Positions 13,907-28,277 of a stretch of DNA of 64,000 nt are shown one piece after another. Each line of letters begins with the position of its first letter. Position 1 is the first letter of the stretch. Source of the DNA: Eledone cirrhosa (Eukaryota); assembly GCA_964016885.1 (NCBI GenBank), contig OZ024743.1, positions 369,396,001-369,460,000 of the forward strand. Direction: 5' to 3'. The position numbers and the translations under genes were made by a program. A model generated the notes under the pieces. It worked only from the letters and a program-made list of their open reading frames with translations. It was not told where the DNA came from and made no database searches.

Positions 13907-15930
13907 GACAACTTACTGCAGGCTACTGATGAAACTTGTGGCTGGAGCAGAGCTCCAACCAGACAGAGAGTGACCTGGTGGTGGAACAGCACGGTAGATA
14001 GGGCCATTAGAGACAAAAGACTAGCATGGAAGGCTTGGAAAAAGGGTGGGAGTAGAGAAGGATATACAGCCGCTAAGAGAGAAGCTAGACGTCAGGTGTA
14101 CTTAGCACGCAGGGAGGCTGAGAGTAGGAGGTTTGCCAATGTTCTGCGACGGGAAGATCAGAGGAGTGCGGTGTTCCACATTGCAAGGCAGTGTGTCAAT
14201 GCAAATCAGGATGTTGTTGGAGATAAATGTGTCCGGAATGATGCCGGTGTACTTAGTGTCACGAATGATCAGAAAAATGAGGCCTGGAAATGTCATTATG
14301 AGAGACTGATGAATGTGGAGAACGCTGGACCGTCGGGGATAGTTGCTGAGGTGCTGAAGGCATCAGGGGACGTAGGCACTAAACTGGTTTCATGCATCAT
14401 CAATCAGGCTATATATGGCGGTGTCATACCCAAAGACTGGTGCAGCAGTATTCTCATAAATTGCTACAAAGGTAAAGGGGATGCTCTGGAGAGAAGCAAT
14501 TATAGGGGTATAAAACTGATGGATCAGGTTATGAAAGTGGAAGAAAGGATATTAGCACAACTAATTAGAGAAAGGGTCAAACTAGATGAGATGCAGTTTG
14601 GTTTTGTGCCTGGGAAAAGTACAGCAGATGCCCTCTCCTTGGTGAGACAATTACAAGAGAGGTTCTTAGAGAAGAATAAGCCACTATACTTAGCTTTTGT
14701 TGACCTAGAGAAGGCCTTTGATAGGGCCCCGATCTGTTATCTGGTGGTCCCTAAGGAAACTAGGTGTTGAGGAATGACTTGTGAGGAATGCAAACTTTGT
14801 ACAGAGGTGCTGTCAGTAAAGTGAGGGTAGGAATGGAGTTTAGTGAGGAATTCCAGATACAAGTAGGAGTACATCAAGGTTCAGTCCTCAGCCTGCTCTT
14901 GTTCATTATAGAGGAGTTTAAGACAGGCTGTCCATGGGAACTTCTTTATGCTGACGATCTGGTTCTTATAGCAGAATCAGTAGAGGAGCTAGAGAATAAA
15001 TTCTGGCTATGGAAACAGCAGTTGGAAGCAGAGGACTGAGAGTGAACCTAGCTAAGACAAAACTGTTGATGAGTAGAAAAGAGGACAAAACTCTGATTCC
15101 GTCAGGGAAACGGTCATGTTCGATATGCAGAAAAGGAACTGGCATAAATTCCATAAAATGCACACAATGCAGATCCTGGGTACACAAGAGATGTAGTGGG
15201 ATAGCAGGCAAACTAACAGGTAGGAAGAAATACATATGCAGTAGATGTAAAGGGAAATTAGACAGTAGAAGTTGCATTGATAGACACATTTTTCAAATGC
15301 AGGCGGGTGCTATAGAAGTGGTTGATAGCTTCCGGTACGTAGGAGATCAGATTAGCATGGAAGTGGGGTGTTCCGAGGCCATAGTATCGAGAATAAGGAC
15401 AGTTTGGAAGAAGTTTAGAGAGTTTAGAGAGCTGCTTCCTCCCTGCGTACGAAAGGCCGGTTATATGATACCTGTGTGAGGAGCGCGATGCTGCATGGTA
15501 GTGAGACTTGGGCAGCAACTGCAGAGGATATGCGACGGCGGGAGAGAAATGAGGCAAGCATGCTCCGTTGGATGTGCAATGTCAATGTGCGTGAACGACC
15601 CAGCATGGATGTGTTGAGAGAGAAACTGTGTCTCAGAGGGATAGAATGTAGTGTGCGAGAGAGGAGACTGTGGTGGTATGGACATGTGATGCGCATGGAG
15701 GATGACCGATGGGTGAAGAAGTGCCAGGAAATGCCAGTTGAAGGAAGAAGAGGTAGAGGTAGACCACGAAAAACATGGGCGGAGGTGGTATGAACAGACC
15801 TCAGATCGTTGAAGCTCACAGTGGAGATGACGAGGGACCGTGACAAATGGAGAAATGCTGTGCTGAATAGGACCCGTCCTACCCTTGCAAGCAGGGAAAA
15901 GCGGACGTAAAATGATGATGATGATGATGA
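13907..15930 (+). pseudogene. 5'-truncated, internally deleted RTE LINE, family 2
   Basis: ORF pieces 13790-15793 carry [16 protein letters not shown], the PHD-like finger and GRPRKTW. Starts directly after (TA)n and ends gcaagcagggaaaagcggacgtaaa(ATG)n(TA)n. Confidence 0.93.
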
Positions 15931-17569
15931 TATATATAAAACTAATTTTGTCTTTGATATCCCAATAGTAATTTTTCTGCAAATTATCTCAAACCTGACC
16001 AACTATCATCAGACATGTTAGTCAACTTGCAGTTAATTTTAGTTTACTTCAAACATGAAGATAATGGTCTTTTCTTACATTTAAATCTGTTAATTAATTA
16101 ACAGAAAAAATGCTAAGAATTATCTGAAAAATCCTTACAAATATCAATGCCATTTCATTTAAAATAAGAACTGAATAATTAAAACGAAGTGAGCTTTAAG
16201 ATGACATTTTATATGAGAAACATGGTATGTGACCTGTTACTTTTTAGATTGTTCTAGTAACTGACAGTTCTCTTGATCTGTTAAAGTTACTCTTTAAGAA
16301 ATTATTCCCTTATTATTTATAACCATTTGTTTGCACATTCTCTGTATTAGTTTACTCTAAAAGGTTACTCGCACTATTCAAAATAGTTGTACTGTTTTCT
16401 ATGTCATCAGTATGTTTCCCAAATATATGTTGGGGATGAGGTGGTGGTGGAAAAAAATTGGCAGGAAACTCAAGAAGATTTATTGCTCTACTACCACTTT
16501 TTATTGCTGATAAATATGTGTGTATGTTATGCATGGAAACAAGATAAACCAGCTTAGCTTCATGTTGTCATGTTGCAATAATAATTGTTAGTGGAGTTTA
16601 GGATAGTTTTCAGAAAGTGGGTGAGTTGAGAATCAAAGTCAATGGCATAAAAGCATCACCATGTTATGTTGAAATAAATTTTACTATATTCTCTAACTAT
16701 TTTCTTATTCTCTTTATTTAATGCTTAACATCCTGTACCACATGAAACCACATTAGCAAGATATTCTTGAAAAGTATAAAACTGCATTAATTATAAAAGT
16801 TTTATTCTAACATTCTAAATCTTCACAAAAACCTGTCCATTAGTAAAGATGCTATAAACATTTGAATTAACAAAACAAACACATCTTTAGATGTTTTCTG
16901 TTAAATCATTACAGGATGTTAAGATTTAAATGTACCCTCACTCTTTACAACAACAGAATCTTACATTTTTCTCTAGTCTCTATGTTGTCACTTGACTTGC
17001 TAGAAATAGCAACTAAATCTTGCTGATTAAATCTTACTGAGTAAAAAAGAAAAAGAGAAGGAATGCATTGGATAGGATAATGTAGACTGGAGCACATTAT
17101 TCCTAGAAAAAATGGGATGGCCATGGCTGGAATGCCTTTGATTGTAGGTCTGCTTATTTTGAGCTGACTTTGGATAAGACGGTTGACACATTTCTGCCCC
17201 ATTTAAGATCATATTATTTTATTTTCATTGTATTGGTAATATTCCCTCCTTTTGTTAATAATACTCCACAGAATATTGATATATTATTCTTTTACTGGTT
17301 CCAGCCATATTGGAGCACCTCCTTCATTGGGTTTTAGTCTATCATAGTAATCCTGTACTTATTTTGGTCAAGTAATTAATGACCTTATTGGTCGTATATG
17401 TTACCAATTGAATAAGTTTCTGTCTTGACACAATACTAGCCTTGTTTTAATCAGCAATGCTATATCAAACACATAAACACATTTTTGGGGTAATATTACT
17501 CCTTATAGAATGGCCTAACAGAGTGTACCAGTACTTTAACCATGTTAATACTAAAGCACTTGAAAATAC

Positions 17570-17706
17570 CCAGTACAGTACAACACAGGCCTCAGTACAA
17601 CACAGTACAGGCCTGCTCAGTATATTACAGTACAGTATTAGTACATTACAGTATAGTACAGTATTAGTACATTACAGTATAGTACAGTATTAGTGCATTA
17701 CAGTAC
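17570..17706. repeat. Degenerate CAGTA-based minisatellite
   Basis: cagta/tagta/catta pentamers with a 26-bp higher-order unit. Confidence 0.8.
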
Positions 17707-18813
17707 TCCTTGATCAGAAATGATACTGTTTATATTTTTTAAACAAAACAAACGCCAAAAACAAAACAAAAAGACATGAAAGAAACAGATTTGATAAAAA
17801 AGAAAAAAAAAGAAAAAAAAAGAAAAAAAAAGAAAGAAGGGTCAAGTTCTGTGATGTATTGATCTTTTTAATTGATAATTGATTTCTGTCAGGCTGTTGT
17901 TATCAGTGTTTATTGTGGTGACTATTTTTGTGTTTTGCTTGTATGTCAAGCATTTTGATGTTCAGATAAGGTTGATGATAACCTTTTCAAAGTTTATTTC
18001 TTAAAAGCAACTGCAAAATACCAGTTCTTTTGCATTTTTTTTTTATTAATATATTTTTCTTATCTTTCATTGTGTATTTGTGTGTCTGTAAGTTGATGTG
18101 TGTGTTTTTTCTGAATTGTGCTGAATATTATAAGTAAAGGTTAAAGCATATATTTGAATGTGGTTTTGTAAGAACATCACCACCATCTTCATCACAACTG
18201 TCAACATAATCATCATCACCACAACCACCACCACCACTACTATTATCACTACAACCACAATCATCTCCATTATCATTATGACTGTCATTATAACTATCTA
18301 CATTTTTTTGTAAATGAAGTCTTAATAAACTCAAACTAAGTTTTTCATGCGCCTTTCTTAATTAGTTTTAAACATTAAGTATGAGGAAGTTCATCAATTG
18401 TGCTTTGACAAATTTCTATATATGTTTGCATGCATCTATATTTGTGTTTAAATTTCATTATTCCCTATTCCCTGTTGCTCAATCCTATGTAGGTTAAGCT
18501 GGTTTCCGTCAAGGCTGCATTGCATAACACCAGCCAGGTATTGGCGTTGATTTAATCAACTTTCCCTTATCCCCAAATTGCTGGCCTTATAGCTAAATTA
18601 ACTACTATTATTACTACTTTTTGAAGTAAATATATTTGTCTCTTAATTTTGCTATTTTTTCCTCTTCTTTTTTCAGATTACTGAATATCTTGGGTGAGTG
18701 AAGAGGGCAACTGCTGCTATAGACAGGAAATTTAGCAGGTGACCCAATAACTTTTGTTTTCTGTCTACCAAAGGATAATTTAAGGCCAGCGACTGAAGCT
18801 GCCTATTGCTGGA

Positions 18814-19880
18814 ATGGAAAGACCTTCCAGCAAAGGGCACACCTTAGCCTTAGATGGTCCTTTAACAAAAACAAACACTGGTAAAAATGAAGCTGTTGAA
18901 GAAAGTGGTGGGGAAGTAGCCACTACTGAAGGAAATCTTGTTTATAATAACACCATACCACAAATGACAGATAATATATACTCAATGAGCCGGCCTGGAT
19001 ATGAGCTGCAAGAGCGTAGTCGGACTGGGAGAGTACATGATAATCATCCTTCATTAATTGGTCATCATCAGATCATGGAGAATCATCCTAGTTTTAATGG
19101 AAACCTTCAAGATCGGATTCATCGATCAATGACACCCGATACTCATCACCAATCTTCTGGCCGCCATCAGTTACTAGATAACCATTCTAGTTACAATGAT
19201 GGGGTGCAGGATCCAAGTCACCACTCCATTACTGATAATGCTCAACGCCACCAATACCTTGGTCCTGTTCGTGCTTCATATGAACAAAGCTCTGATCAGG
19301 CCCATTCAGTTAACAATGATAACCATCAAGTATTGACAAGCCACCCCAATTATGAAACGTTGGTTGATAGAAGACATTCTTTGCCATCAGATAGCCATAA
19401 CCAGAAAATGATGGACCTTGATGAAGAATCAAATAAAGCTCTTTTACTGAATGCTAAGCAGCAATTTTCTCTCACATCTAGCCTTATTGATCCTCAGATG
19501 ATTAAATATGAACTTCAAGACTTATCAGGAAAGGGGTCAAACCAGAATGACAATTTAATGTACAAAGATGCCTTTGTTGGATCCTATGATAAGATGCTGT
19601 CTCGTTCTTTAGAAAATCAAGTTCTGAGTCAAAATGGCTTAGTGGATTCTATGTCCAATGAATTGTTCCTCTATCCTAAAGACTCACGCATGTCACCAGA
19701 AGATGTGGCTTTATCAAATAAAATGTTGGTGTCATCACCTTCCATGATGGTCTCTTCACCATCAACAGAAAACATGATGATTAGACAAGGTCATCATGTT
19801 GGAATTGGAGATGCAGATGGAAATAAACTGACAGTTTATTCTGAAGAAAATTTAACTAGAATGGATACTGCTATAAAAAT
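18814..19880 (+). CDS. Probable first coding exon of an unidentified host gene (low-complexity His/Ser/Asn/Gln-rich N-terminal region, 355 full codons)
   Basis: ORF of more than 1 kb in otherwise stop-rich AT DNA, with no TE motifs. Polypyrimidine acceptor ttttttcag ends at 18676. Consensus donor AT|GTAAGT at 19880/19881 means the listed stop is intronic (phase 2). No downstream exon recognised. Confidence 0.8.
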
Positions 19881-22800
19881 GTAAGTCCGTTTCTCTTTAT
19901 ATTTGCATTATATGATTAAATGAAATTGTTTTCAGGTCTTTAAAGACATGAATGTTCTCAGTGAGAACCTGTTATGCCATATACAAAAAAAAAAATGGCT
20001 CATATTTTTGGCATATATGATTTTTCATAGCAGTGATGTTGTCAAATAAATTTTAAATGTCAGTTTATTGATTTTCAGGTGTTTCTGTTTTTCTATTTAT
20101 ATAAGAAACAAAAAGTATTTATTTTAAGTGATGTCTTTGAACATCATTGCACATATATATGTTGTTAGTTGACAAACATGGCTGAGAAAAGTGTCAGTAA
20201 TCTAAGATATTACAATATAATTTCAGCTAAACATTATCAACATTATTCCTTTTGTTACCAAACCACTTCTGGATCTATGGAACAAAACCACATATTTTAT
20301 GGGTTCCTATTTAAATCAAGATTTTCCAACATGATTTTATATTTAGTTGTGTTATTGATATCATCATAATGAACTATTTCATAATTTTAATAAATCCCTC
20401 CAAATTCTTCATTAATTATTGAAATACATTGCATTTTATTAAAGATATGGTATTGAAAGTGTCAAAGGTATGTTTATATTTGGGGTGGAAGACTTTCTTT
20501 TTTATTATTTATCTTTAAAGTGTTAATCTACGTTAACCCTTTAATGTGAATAGTTAATGTATTTAAATAGCAACATTGTTTTTGAAATTATATGAGTTTG
20601 TGGCTAATTTACTAATTCTTATATTGTTGTTAAACAATTCAATGGACAACTGTATTTGGGTTTTAACATCTCATGGTCATGCTGAAAAAAAAGTTACAAG
20701 CGACTTTATTCATATGAATTTTAAAGGTTGGCATCAGCTCTTGTTGGTTTCAGCTAACCAACTTTTCTGACATAAATGGATAGTGAATTTTCTTTTTAGA
20801 AGACTCGAAAACATGTTTGTTTCTGTGTGCATGCTTATTAAATATTTTCATTTCAGCAATTAAACAATGTAGCACTTTGAACCTTATTGTTTGAATATTC
20901 CCACAACTTCAGTTATATTTCCATACATTAATATATTTTCATGTCAGTATAATTCAGTTTTCTGCTACCCAATGAAAATACAAACACTGAAGTTATTTCT
21001 GTGAACTAATCTCATTTGATTTATTTAAATTCAAAGATTTGGTGTTTGGTGACAAACAACATGAAAGCTCCTTACTTTCAACCCGATTCATATCCTGGTG
21101 TGTTTATTTTAGTTTTTCATTTTCATAGTAATAAATCAGACTTGGAATACTAGTAATGGAGTTCAAATCACATTATTTAAGTAAAATTCATGTCAGGAAC
21201 ATTTATCTCTATTACAAATGAATTCTTGATGAGTATAAAATCTGTTCACTTCAACATGCATATGTAAGATTACACATAATAAACAAAGATGTCTTGGGAA
21301 ACAGTTTAGTACCAAGATCAGTCTTGGGAAATACTTTAGCACCAACATTTATGTGTACCATATCATATCACTATCTTGATATAGAATGTCCTTTCATGTA
21401 AACATGATAAGGGTGCTATTCCTTTGAAACAGCTATCTACATTCTTATATTGGTATCAAGCTGTTAATCTGAATAATAAGCATGAAAGTTTGTATTTGTC
21501 TTGAAACAGTGTTGCCATTTCTTAACAAATCTCAACAAGATTTGGCAGAAATCCTGATCCACCCACAAATAATCCAGAAATGAAAAAAAGAATCCAACGT
21601 CAGTCACCCCTGGGACAAGGGAAGAAGGATTCTAGAAACGTAATGGAGAAAGACTGAAAATGGGAGTGAGGAGTGGAATAACTGAATATAAGTAAAGTAT
21701 TCCTTCCAAAATAAAGCAAAACAAAATAGAATGTTTTTTTTGTTCTAAAATAGAACAGTCATTTTTCTCTATCAATCTCTCGACAACTTTCCCTTTCCTT
21801 CTTTCTTGCTCACCCCCTCCCCTCTACATGTGTATAAATTCATATGTATGCTCTATGTGTTTGAGCCTGTATTTGTGGGTGCGTGTGTGTGAATTCATAT
21901 ATCTGTACAATATGTTTGTAAGTGGATCTATATGTTTGTGCCTGTCTGTGTGGGTGTGTGTAAAGGCTTATAATATGCATTAAGTGTTTGTGTGCATCTA
22001 TAATATTGAGTGTACTTGTGATTGTGTATCTCTTTGAAGTGCGTGCATGTAAATTTGTAAGTCTTTCTGCACACACATGCTCACACACCTGCACATTCAT
22101 ACACACACGTGCATATTCATATAAGTAATTATGAGCAAATGGATATGCTTCTGTATGTGTCATTGAGACTATCAGTATATATTAGTTAATTGGTGTGTAT
22201 GTAAAGAACTTCAAAAAAACTAATGGTCATTTAAATAAAAAAAAACTGTTTCTACATTTTCCCATCCAGGCAATACCAGGTACCTCCGCCAGTCAAAAAT
22301 ATTACCTATGAGATAAAACTGCACTCAGACAACATTAGGTGCCTCTACAAGTCCAATATTGGAATAGAATTTGTAACATCTTGCAATATATATTACATCT
22401 ATAATTTGTGTTTAAACATGATAACGCTGAAAGTAGAAACTTGAAAATAAAAATAAAAAGATATAATGAAAACAAATGACTATTGTACATATAACAAAAT
22501 GTTCTCAATGTCTTTTTATTAAATAACCATAGCTTAAATCTATAGGACCATTTGTAAACTTTGCATTCTAGTGATTTCAGTAAATGTTTATTTAAAGCTA
22601 ACGTGGGCCTACAGTATATTTACTCCAAACTATCGCTCTATGTAGACCTGATGTAAGCAAATTTGAATTTAGTATTTCATGCAGATACTCATCTGTGTGT
22701 TAAGTTATCGCCCCCCCCCCCCCCATATCCCAATGCTCTATACATATAAATGGATACACAGACGGACACACACACACATACTTGGTCATGTATACACAAT

Positions 22801-22911
22801 ATCACAATAAGGAACAAAGATATTTTATATAACACTCGAGGAAATTATTCCATAACTCTCCTGCTCCTATTTTATTTATTTAATTGTGTGTGTGTATATA
22901 TATATATATAT

Positions 22912-23294
22912 GGAGGCATATGGCTTAGTATGGCCTTGCAATCGAAAGGTTGTGAGTTCAATTCTCAGACCGGGTGATGTGTTGTTTCCTTGAGCAAGAC
23001 ACTTTATTTCACATTGCTCCAGTTTACTCAGCTGTAGAAATGAGATGATAGGGACTGAGGTCCATATCATTCCACTGCAAAGTGGTCGTGGAGGTGCCAC
23101 GGCAAAAAAGCACCCAGCCCACACTGTAAAGTGGACGTATAGGCGCCACGGAAAAAAAAGCACGCAGCACTCACTGTAAATGAGGTTGGTGTTAGGAAGG
23201 GCATCCAGCTGTAGAAATCAAGCCAGAATCAGTTCCCGTCCCACCCTTGCAAGCAGCGAAAAGCGGACGTAAAATGAAATGATGATGATGATGA
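22912..23294 (+). mobile_element. SINE family B, long variant with internal duplication; partial inverted 3' piece at about 23405-23510
   Basis: Same head, body and tail as the 7789 copy. Flanked by (TA)n on both sides. Confidence 0.9.
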
Positions 23295-23510
23295 TATATT
23301 TATATATGTATATATATATATATATACATATTTAAATATGTATATATATATATATATATTTTTTTTTTTTGTTGTTGACCTGACTGTGTGTGTGTATATA
23401 TCGTTATCATCATTTCATGTCCAATTTTCCCTGCTTGTAAGGGTGGGATGGGAACTGATTCTGGCTTAATTTCTACAGCTGGATGCCCTTCCTAACACCA
23501 ACCTCATTTA

Positions 23511-23553
23511 CATATGTATATATACATTTATATATGTATATATATATATATAC

Positions 23554-23590
<37 letters not shown>

Positions 23591-23728
23591 TATTTATATA
23601 TATATATTTATATATTTATATTTATATATTTATATATATATATTTATATATATATATATTTATATATATATATATTTATATATATATATATATATATACA
23701 TATTTATATATATATTTATATATATATT

Positions 23729-23759
<31 letters not shown>

Positions 23760-23778
23760 TTATATATATATTTATATA

Positions 23779-23840
<62 letters not shown>
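23511..23840. repeat. (TA)n microsatellite
   Basis: Directly visible. Similar tracts at 25715-26005, 27199-27510, 28875-29150 and 59150-59530. Confidence 0.97.
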
Positions 23841-23843
<3 letters not shown>

Positions 23844-24242
23844 AAAAAAAATATGAAATCGAAAATGCAACTCGAGTTATATATATTTATTTGGTTCCTT
23901 TACCGGTTTCGCTCAAGTTTTTTTCCATATATGAGTGTTTGAATTTCTTTTTATTTAAAAAAAAAAGGGAGCTCACAAAGGCTTTTTTTTAAATAAATGT
24001 AATTTGATTGGTTACAAATGAAATTATGGCTGTCACGTGAACAAGTTCATTAAATTTCGCACCAGTATTTGGGAATTTATTTTGTAGCCTTTTAGAGAAT
24101 TTTATGACATCAAAAGATAATGGTCAAGAGAAATGGGGTGGGTGTTCTGATATACTTATTCACGTGACTACATCAACCAACCAAACTTCATTCATATATG
24201 AAAAAACAACCTGCTATATTCACTGAGCCAGAACACCCATAT

Positions 24243-24243
<1 letters not shown>

Positions 24244-24273
<30 letters not shown>

Positions 24274-25715
24274 GGTTTAGCGTCCGTGTTCCACGCTTGC
24301 ATGGGTTTGGACGGGGGTTTTCCCACTTGAGGCAAGAGTGGTTGTCTTGCTCGCATAGGACTGTCTGGCGGGTTTTCTACAGTTGGATGCCCTTCCTAAC
24401 ACCAACCACATTTACAGTGTGGGGCTGGGAGGTTTTTACCGTGTTGCCTACACGGCCACATTTACAGCGTGGACTGTGTGTTTTTTGTCGTGACACCTAC
24501 ACGATCTCATTTGTTTCGGCCTGGATGTTGTGGGACCAACATAACTTTACATTGAAAGGGGCGGTGTGGATGGGGTGGAGGTGGTGGGACCGGGGGTTGT
24601 TTTGATAGAGATGCCTACTGACTGTAGTAGGTTTATACTTTGTATTTAGGTAAGGCGGGTCTTCTCTATTACTGAGTACCGCCAAAGGTCTCGGTCCAGT
24701 GACATTGTCTTGGAGAGGTGTAAGCGTGTGAGGTCGGAATTTATCAGCTCGTCCCATGTTTTTCTGGGTCTGCCTACTCCGTGGCTACCGTCTATCTTTA
24801 TTGCCCTGCACTTTGTTATACAGCTGTCGTCTTTCATGCGCATCACGTGACCGTACCAACGTAGCCTTCTCTCGAGTAAACAACATCTGATCCCTCTTAT
24901 TTCTAATTTTTTCCTTAGTTCGTTTATGCTTTGCCGTTCACGTATATTACTATTGCACATCCAGCGGAGCATGCAAGCTTCGTTCCTCTCTAGTCTGCGT
25001 ATATCCTCTGCACACAATGCCCAGGTCTCACTGCCATGCAGCATTGCTGTTCGTATGCAGGCATCGTATAACCTGCCTTTCATTTTTAGGGAGAACCCTC
25101 TAGCGGCTAATAGTGGTATAAGCTCTCTGAACTTTTTCCATGCAGTTCTGACTCTAGCTACTGTACTTTCAGAGCACCCTCCCCCACTGCTGATTTTGTC
25201 ACCCAGGTAACGGAAGCTGTCCACTATTTCTATAGAACCCTCTGCGCAGTTGAAGGAGCTAGTATTTTGTGGGCACTTGCTGCTACTTATTGCACCAGAG
25301 CACCGGCCACATGTAAAATCTATGTTCTTAATTAGCTTACCTGTGATCCCACTACATCTTTTATGCACCCATACTTTGCATTTGGGACATAAAATGGAGT
25401 TTCTACCTACGCCTTTCCTACACACTGAGCATGGCCATTTCCCAGATGGGACTGCCGCCTTATTTTCTTTCCTACAAACTAGAACTTTAGTCTTAGCCAG
25501 GTTAATTTTAAGGCCTTTTGATTCTAGGCCGTGCTTCCATATTTGGAATTTCTTCTCTAGTTCGGTCATTGATTCAGCTATGAGCGTTAGATCATCTGCG
25601 TATAGGAGTTCCCATGGGCAGCCGGTCTTGAACTCCTCTGTTATAGCCTGAAGGGCAATAATAAATAGTAGGGGGCTAAGAACAGAGCCCTGATGGACAC
25701 CAACTTTTACGCTAA
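24244..25715 (-). mobile_element. 5'-truncated RTE LINE, family 1
   Basis: ORF 24646-25569 is nearly identical to the C-terminus of the intact copy. Has the full 3' UTR and (ATG)n tail, and its 5' break abuts (TA)n. Confidence 0.95.
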
Positions 25716-25845
25716 TATTTATATTTATATATATTTATATTTATATATATATTTATTTATATTTATATATATATTTATATTTATATATATATTTATATTT
25801 ATATATATATTTATATTTATATATATATATTTATATATATATATT

Positions 25846-25876
<31 letters not shown>

Positions 25877-26001
25877 ATATTTATTTATATATATATATTT
25901 ATATTTATATATATATATATATTTATTTATATTTATATATATGTTTATTTATATATATATATGTAAATTTATATATATATGTATATTTATATATATATAT
26001 A

Positions 26002-26582
26002 TATAAGTATGTACACGTACATACATATATGCATACACATGTACAGTAGTATGTATATATATATATATACATACATGCACACATATATATATGTACGTAT
26101 GGATTCACCGAACATTTATTATAATGCTCGGTGTGTTTGTAAAGAAACATCCCGTATTAAGCCGTAGTGTCTAGCAACCATCGTTGCTCGTTTGTCCAAC
26201 ACTGACAAAGGAACGCTGTACTAGTTTCAAGCTTATTAGCTATCGTCAGCAACGTATACCTTCCTGCCAGATTGTTGAATGTATATACTTACCTTATGCA
26301 TATTAACGGCTGAGTAGCCCAATTTGCATATCGAGTGGGTTAATCGGCCAGGTGCACCGAAAACGATAAACGGAAAAAATGAAACAAAATTTCATTTCCC
26401 ACTCTTAGTACGGCTGTTACTTAAATATAAGTATGTACACGTACATACATATATGCATACAGACGTACAGTAGTATGTATATATATATATATACATACAT
26501 GCACACATATATATATGTACGTATGGATTCACCAAACATTTATTATAATGCTCGGTGTGTTTGTAAACAAACATCCCGTATT
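26002..26582 (-). mobile_element. Retrozyme-like element, 424-bp unit (about 1.4 tandem copies)
   Basis: 26002-26158 repeats at 26426-26582. The unit contains a hammerhead (26213-26255) and an octamer (26322-26329). Embedded in (TA)n. Confidence 0.75.
26213..26255 (-). ncRNA. Minimal type I hammerhead ribozyme
   Basis: Minus strand reads acgttg-CTGACGA-t agct aata agct t-GAAA-CTAG-TA^-cagcgt. Stem I is 6 bp with one G:U, stem III is palindromic, cleavage triplet is GUA, and there is a U:U at the base of stem II. Confidence 0.85.
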
Positions 26583-26622
26583 TATATTTATATATATGTA
26601 TATTTATATATATATGTATATT

Positions 26623-26655
<33 letters not shown>

Positions 26656-26672
26656 ATATATTTATATATATA

Positions 26673-27198
26673 CTAGCAGTAAAGCCCGGCGTTGCTCGGG
26701 GTCGCTCAGTAGCTGTGTTAAAGTTACAATGTTAAGTTTCTTTTTTGGCTTAAAAACTGTAGTGTCTACTGTGCAGACTTGCATGTGGTGTTTTTGATTA
26801 ATATTCCCTCAACCAACAATATGCCTTATGAAGTTAAGAAAACATAACGATAACCCGAATGTTATAACAAAATAGGATGCTGAGGATAAAAACTGCACTG
26901 GTTATTTATTAACAAAGATCGAAAATGTAAACACTGCAACGCAGAGAAAAACAACGTAAGACGCTCAATGTAAACAGAACAAAGGGAAATAACTCGTCAC
27001 TTACGCTCAAAAATCGATACATTAGATTCAATTTCGTCACATAGGGTGGGTCAATTTGAAATATTTTTTTCCGATGTCTTCGCTAGGGCTCAATGTACAA
27101 GTATAGCAATTTCGGTGCAATTCCGTCAGAGATTCGAAGAGGAGATGTGTGCCAAAAATCGATAGACAGACAGACAACCATAGCTTTATATATATAGA
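26673..27198 (-). mobile_element. Non-autonomous Helitron
   Basis: Minus strand begins A|TCTATATATATAAAG and ends with hairpin CCCGAGCAACGCCGGG, 8 nt, then CTAG|T. These are canonical Helitron termini and an A/T target. Confidence 0.85.
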
Positions 27199-27218
27199 TA
27201 TATATATTTATATATATT

Positions 27219-27357
<139 letters not shown>

Positions 27358-27358
27358 T

Positions 27359-27393
<35 letters not shown>

Positions 27394-27806
27394 TTATATA
27401 TATATATATATTTATATATATATTTATATATATATATATATTTATATATATATTTATATATATATTTATATATATATATTTATATATATATATATAAATA
27501 TATATTTATATTTAAAAACAAATAACGAAACAAAATTAAATTTCGTTTCGGTTCTAACTCACTTTTGTATGACTGACGCTTAAACAATTAAGTTAAAAGT
27601 GTACATCTACATATGTATACGGAAATATTAGTATGCATATAAATACACACATGTATACATATGTACATGTACTGAGTTTTTCACTGGACACTTTACTGTG
27701 AGTGTCCAGCTAGTCTGTATGTAACCAAACAGACAAACCGGGTTGTAGAGTCATACGGGTTTTCAAGGAAACACATTTCCTCTATTCTCCAGAGAGCCAG
27801 ACAGGA

Positions 27807-27849
27807 ATATTGGACTAGTTTCGATGTTATTACATCTCATCAGCAATAT
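27807..27849 (-). ncRNA. Minimal type I hammerhead ribozyme (unit 1)
   Basis: Minus strand reads atattg-CTGATGA-gatgt aata acatc-GAAA-CTAG-TC^-caatat. Core and stems I and II are perfect. GUC cleavage predicted between 27813 and 27812. Confidence 0.93.
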
Positions 27850-28277
27850 ATACCCATCTTCCGGCTTCTCTAGAGAATCGTAAAAGCACATATCGTTATA
27901 TGCTTTTTCTATGAAAATTAGTAGTGGGCAGACTAATTTGCATAGAACGTGAGTCATTGTACGCACCGGTTCAGCGGAAACGATAAAAACAAATAACAAA
28001 ACGAAATTAAATTTCGTTTCGCTTCTAACTCACTTTTGTATGACTGACGCTTAAACAATTAAGTTAAAAGTGTACATCTACATATGTATACTGAAATATT
28101 AGTATGCATATAAATACACACATGTATACATATGTACATGTACTGAGTTTTTCACTGGACACTTTACTGTGAGTGTCCACCTAGTCTGTATGTAACCAAA
28201 CAGACAAACCGGGTTTTAGAGTCATACGGGTTTTCAAGGAAACACATTTCCTCTATTCTCCAGAGAGCCAGACAAGA

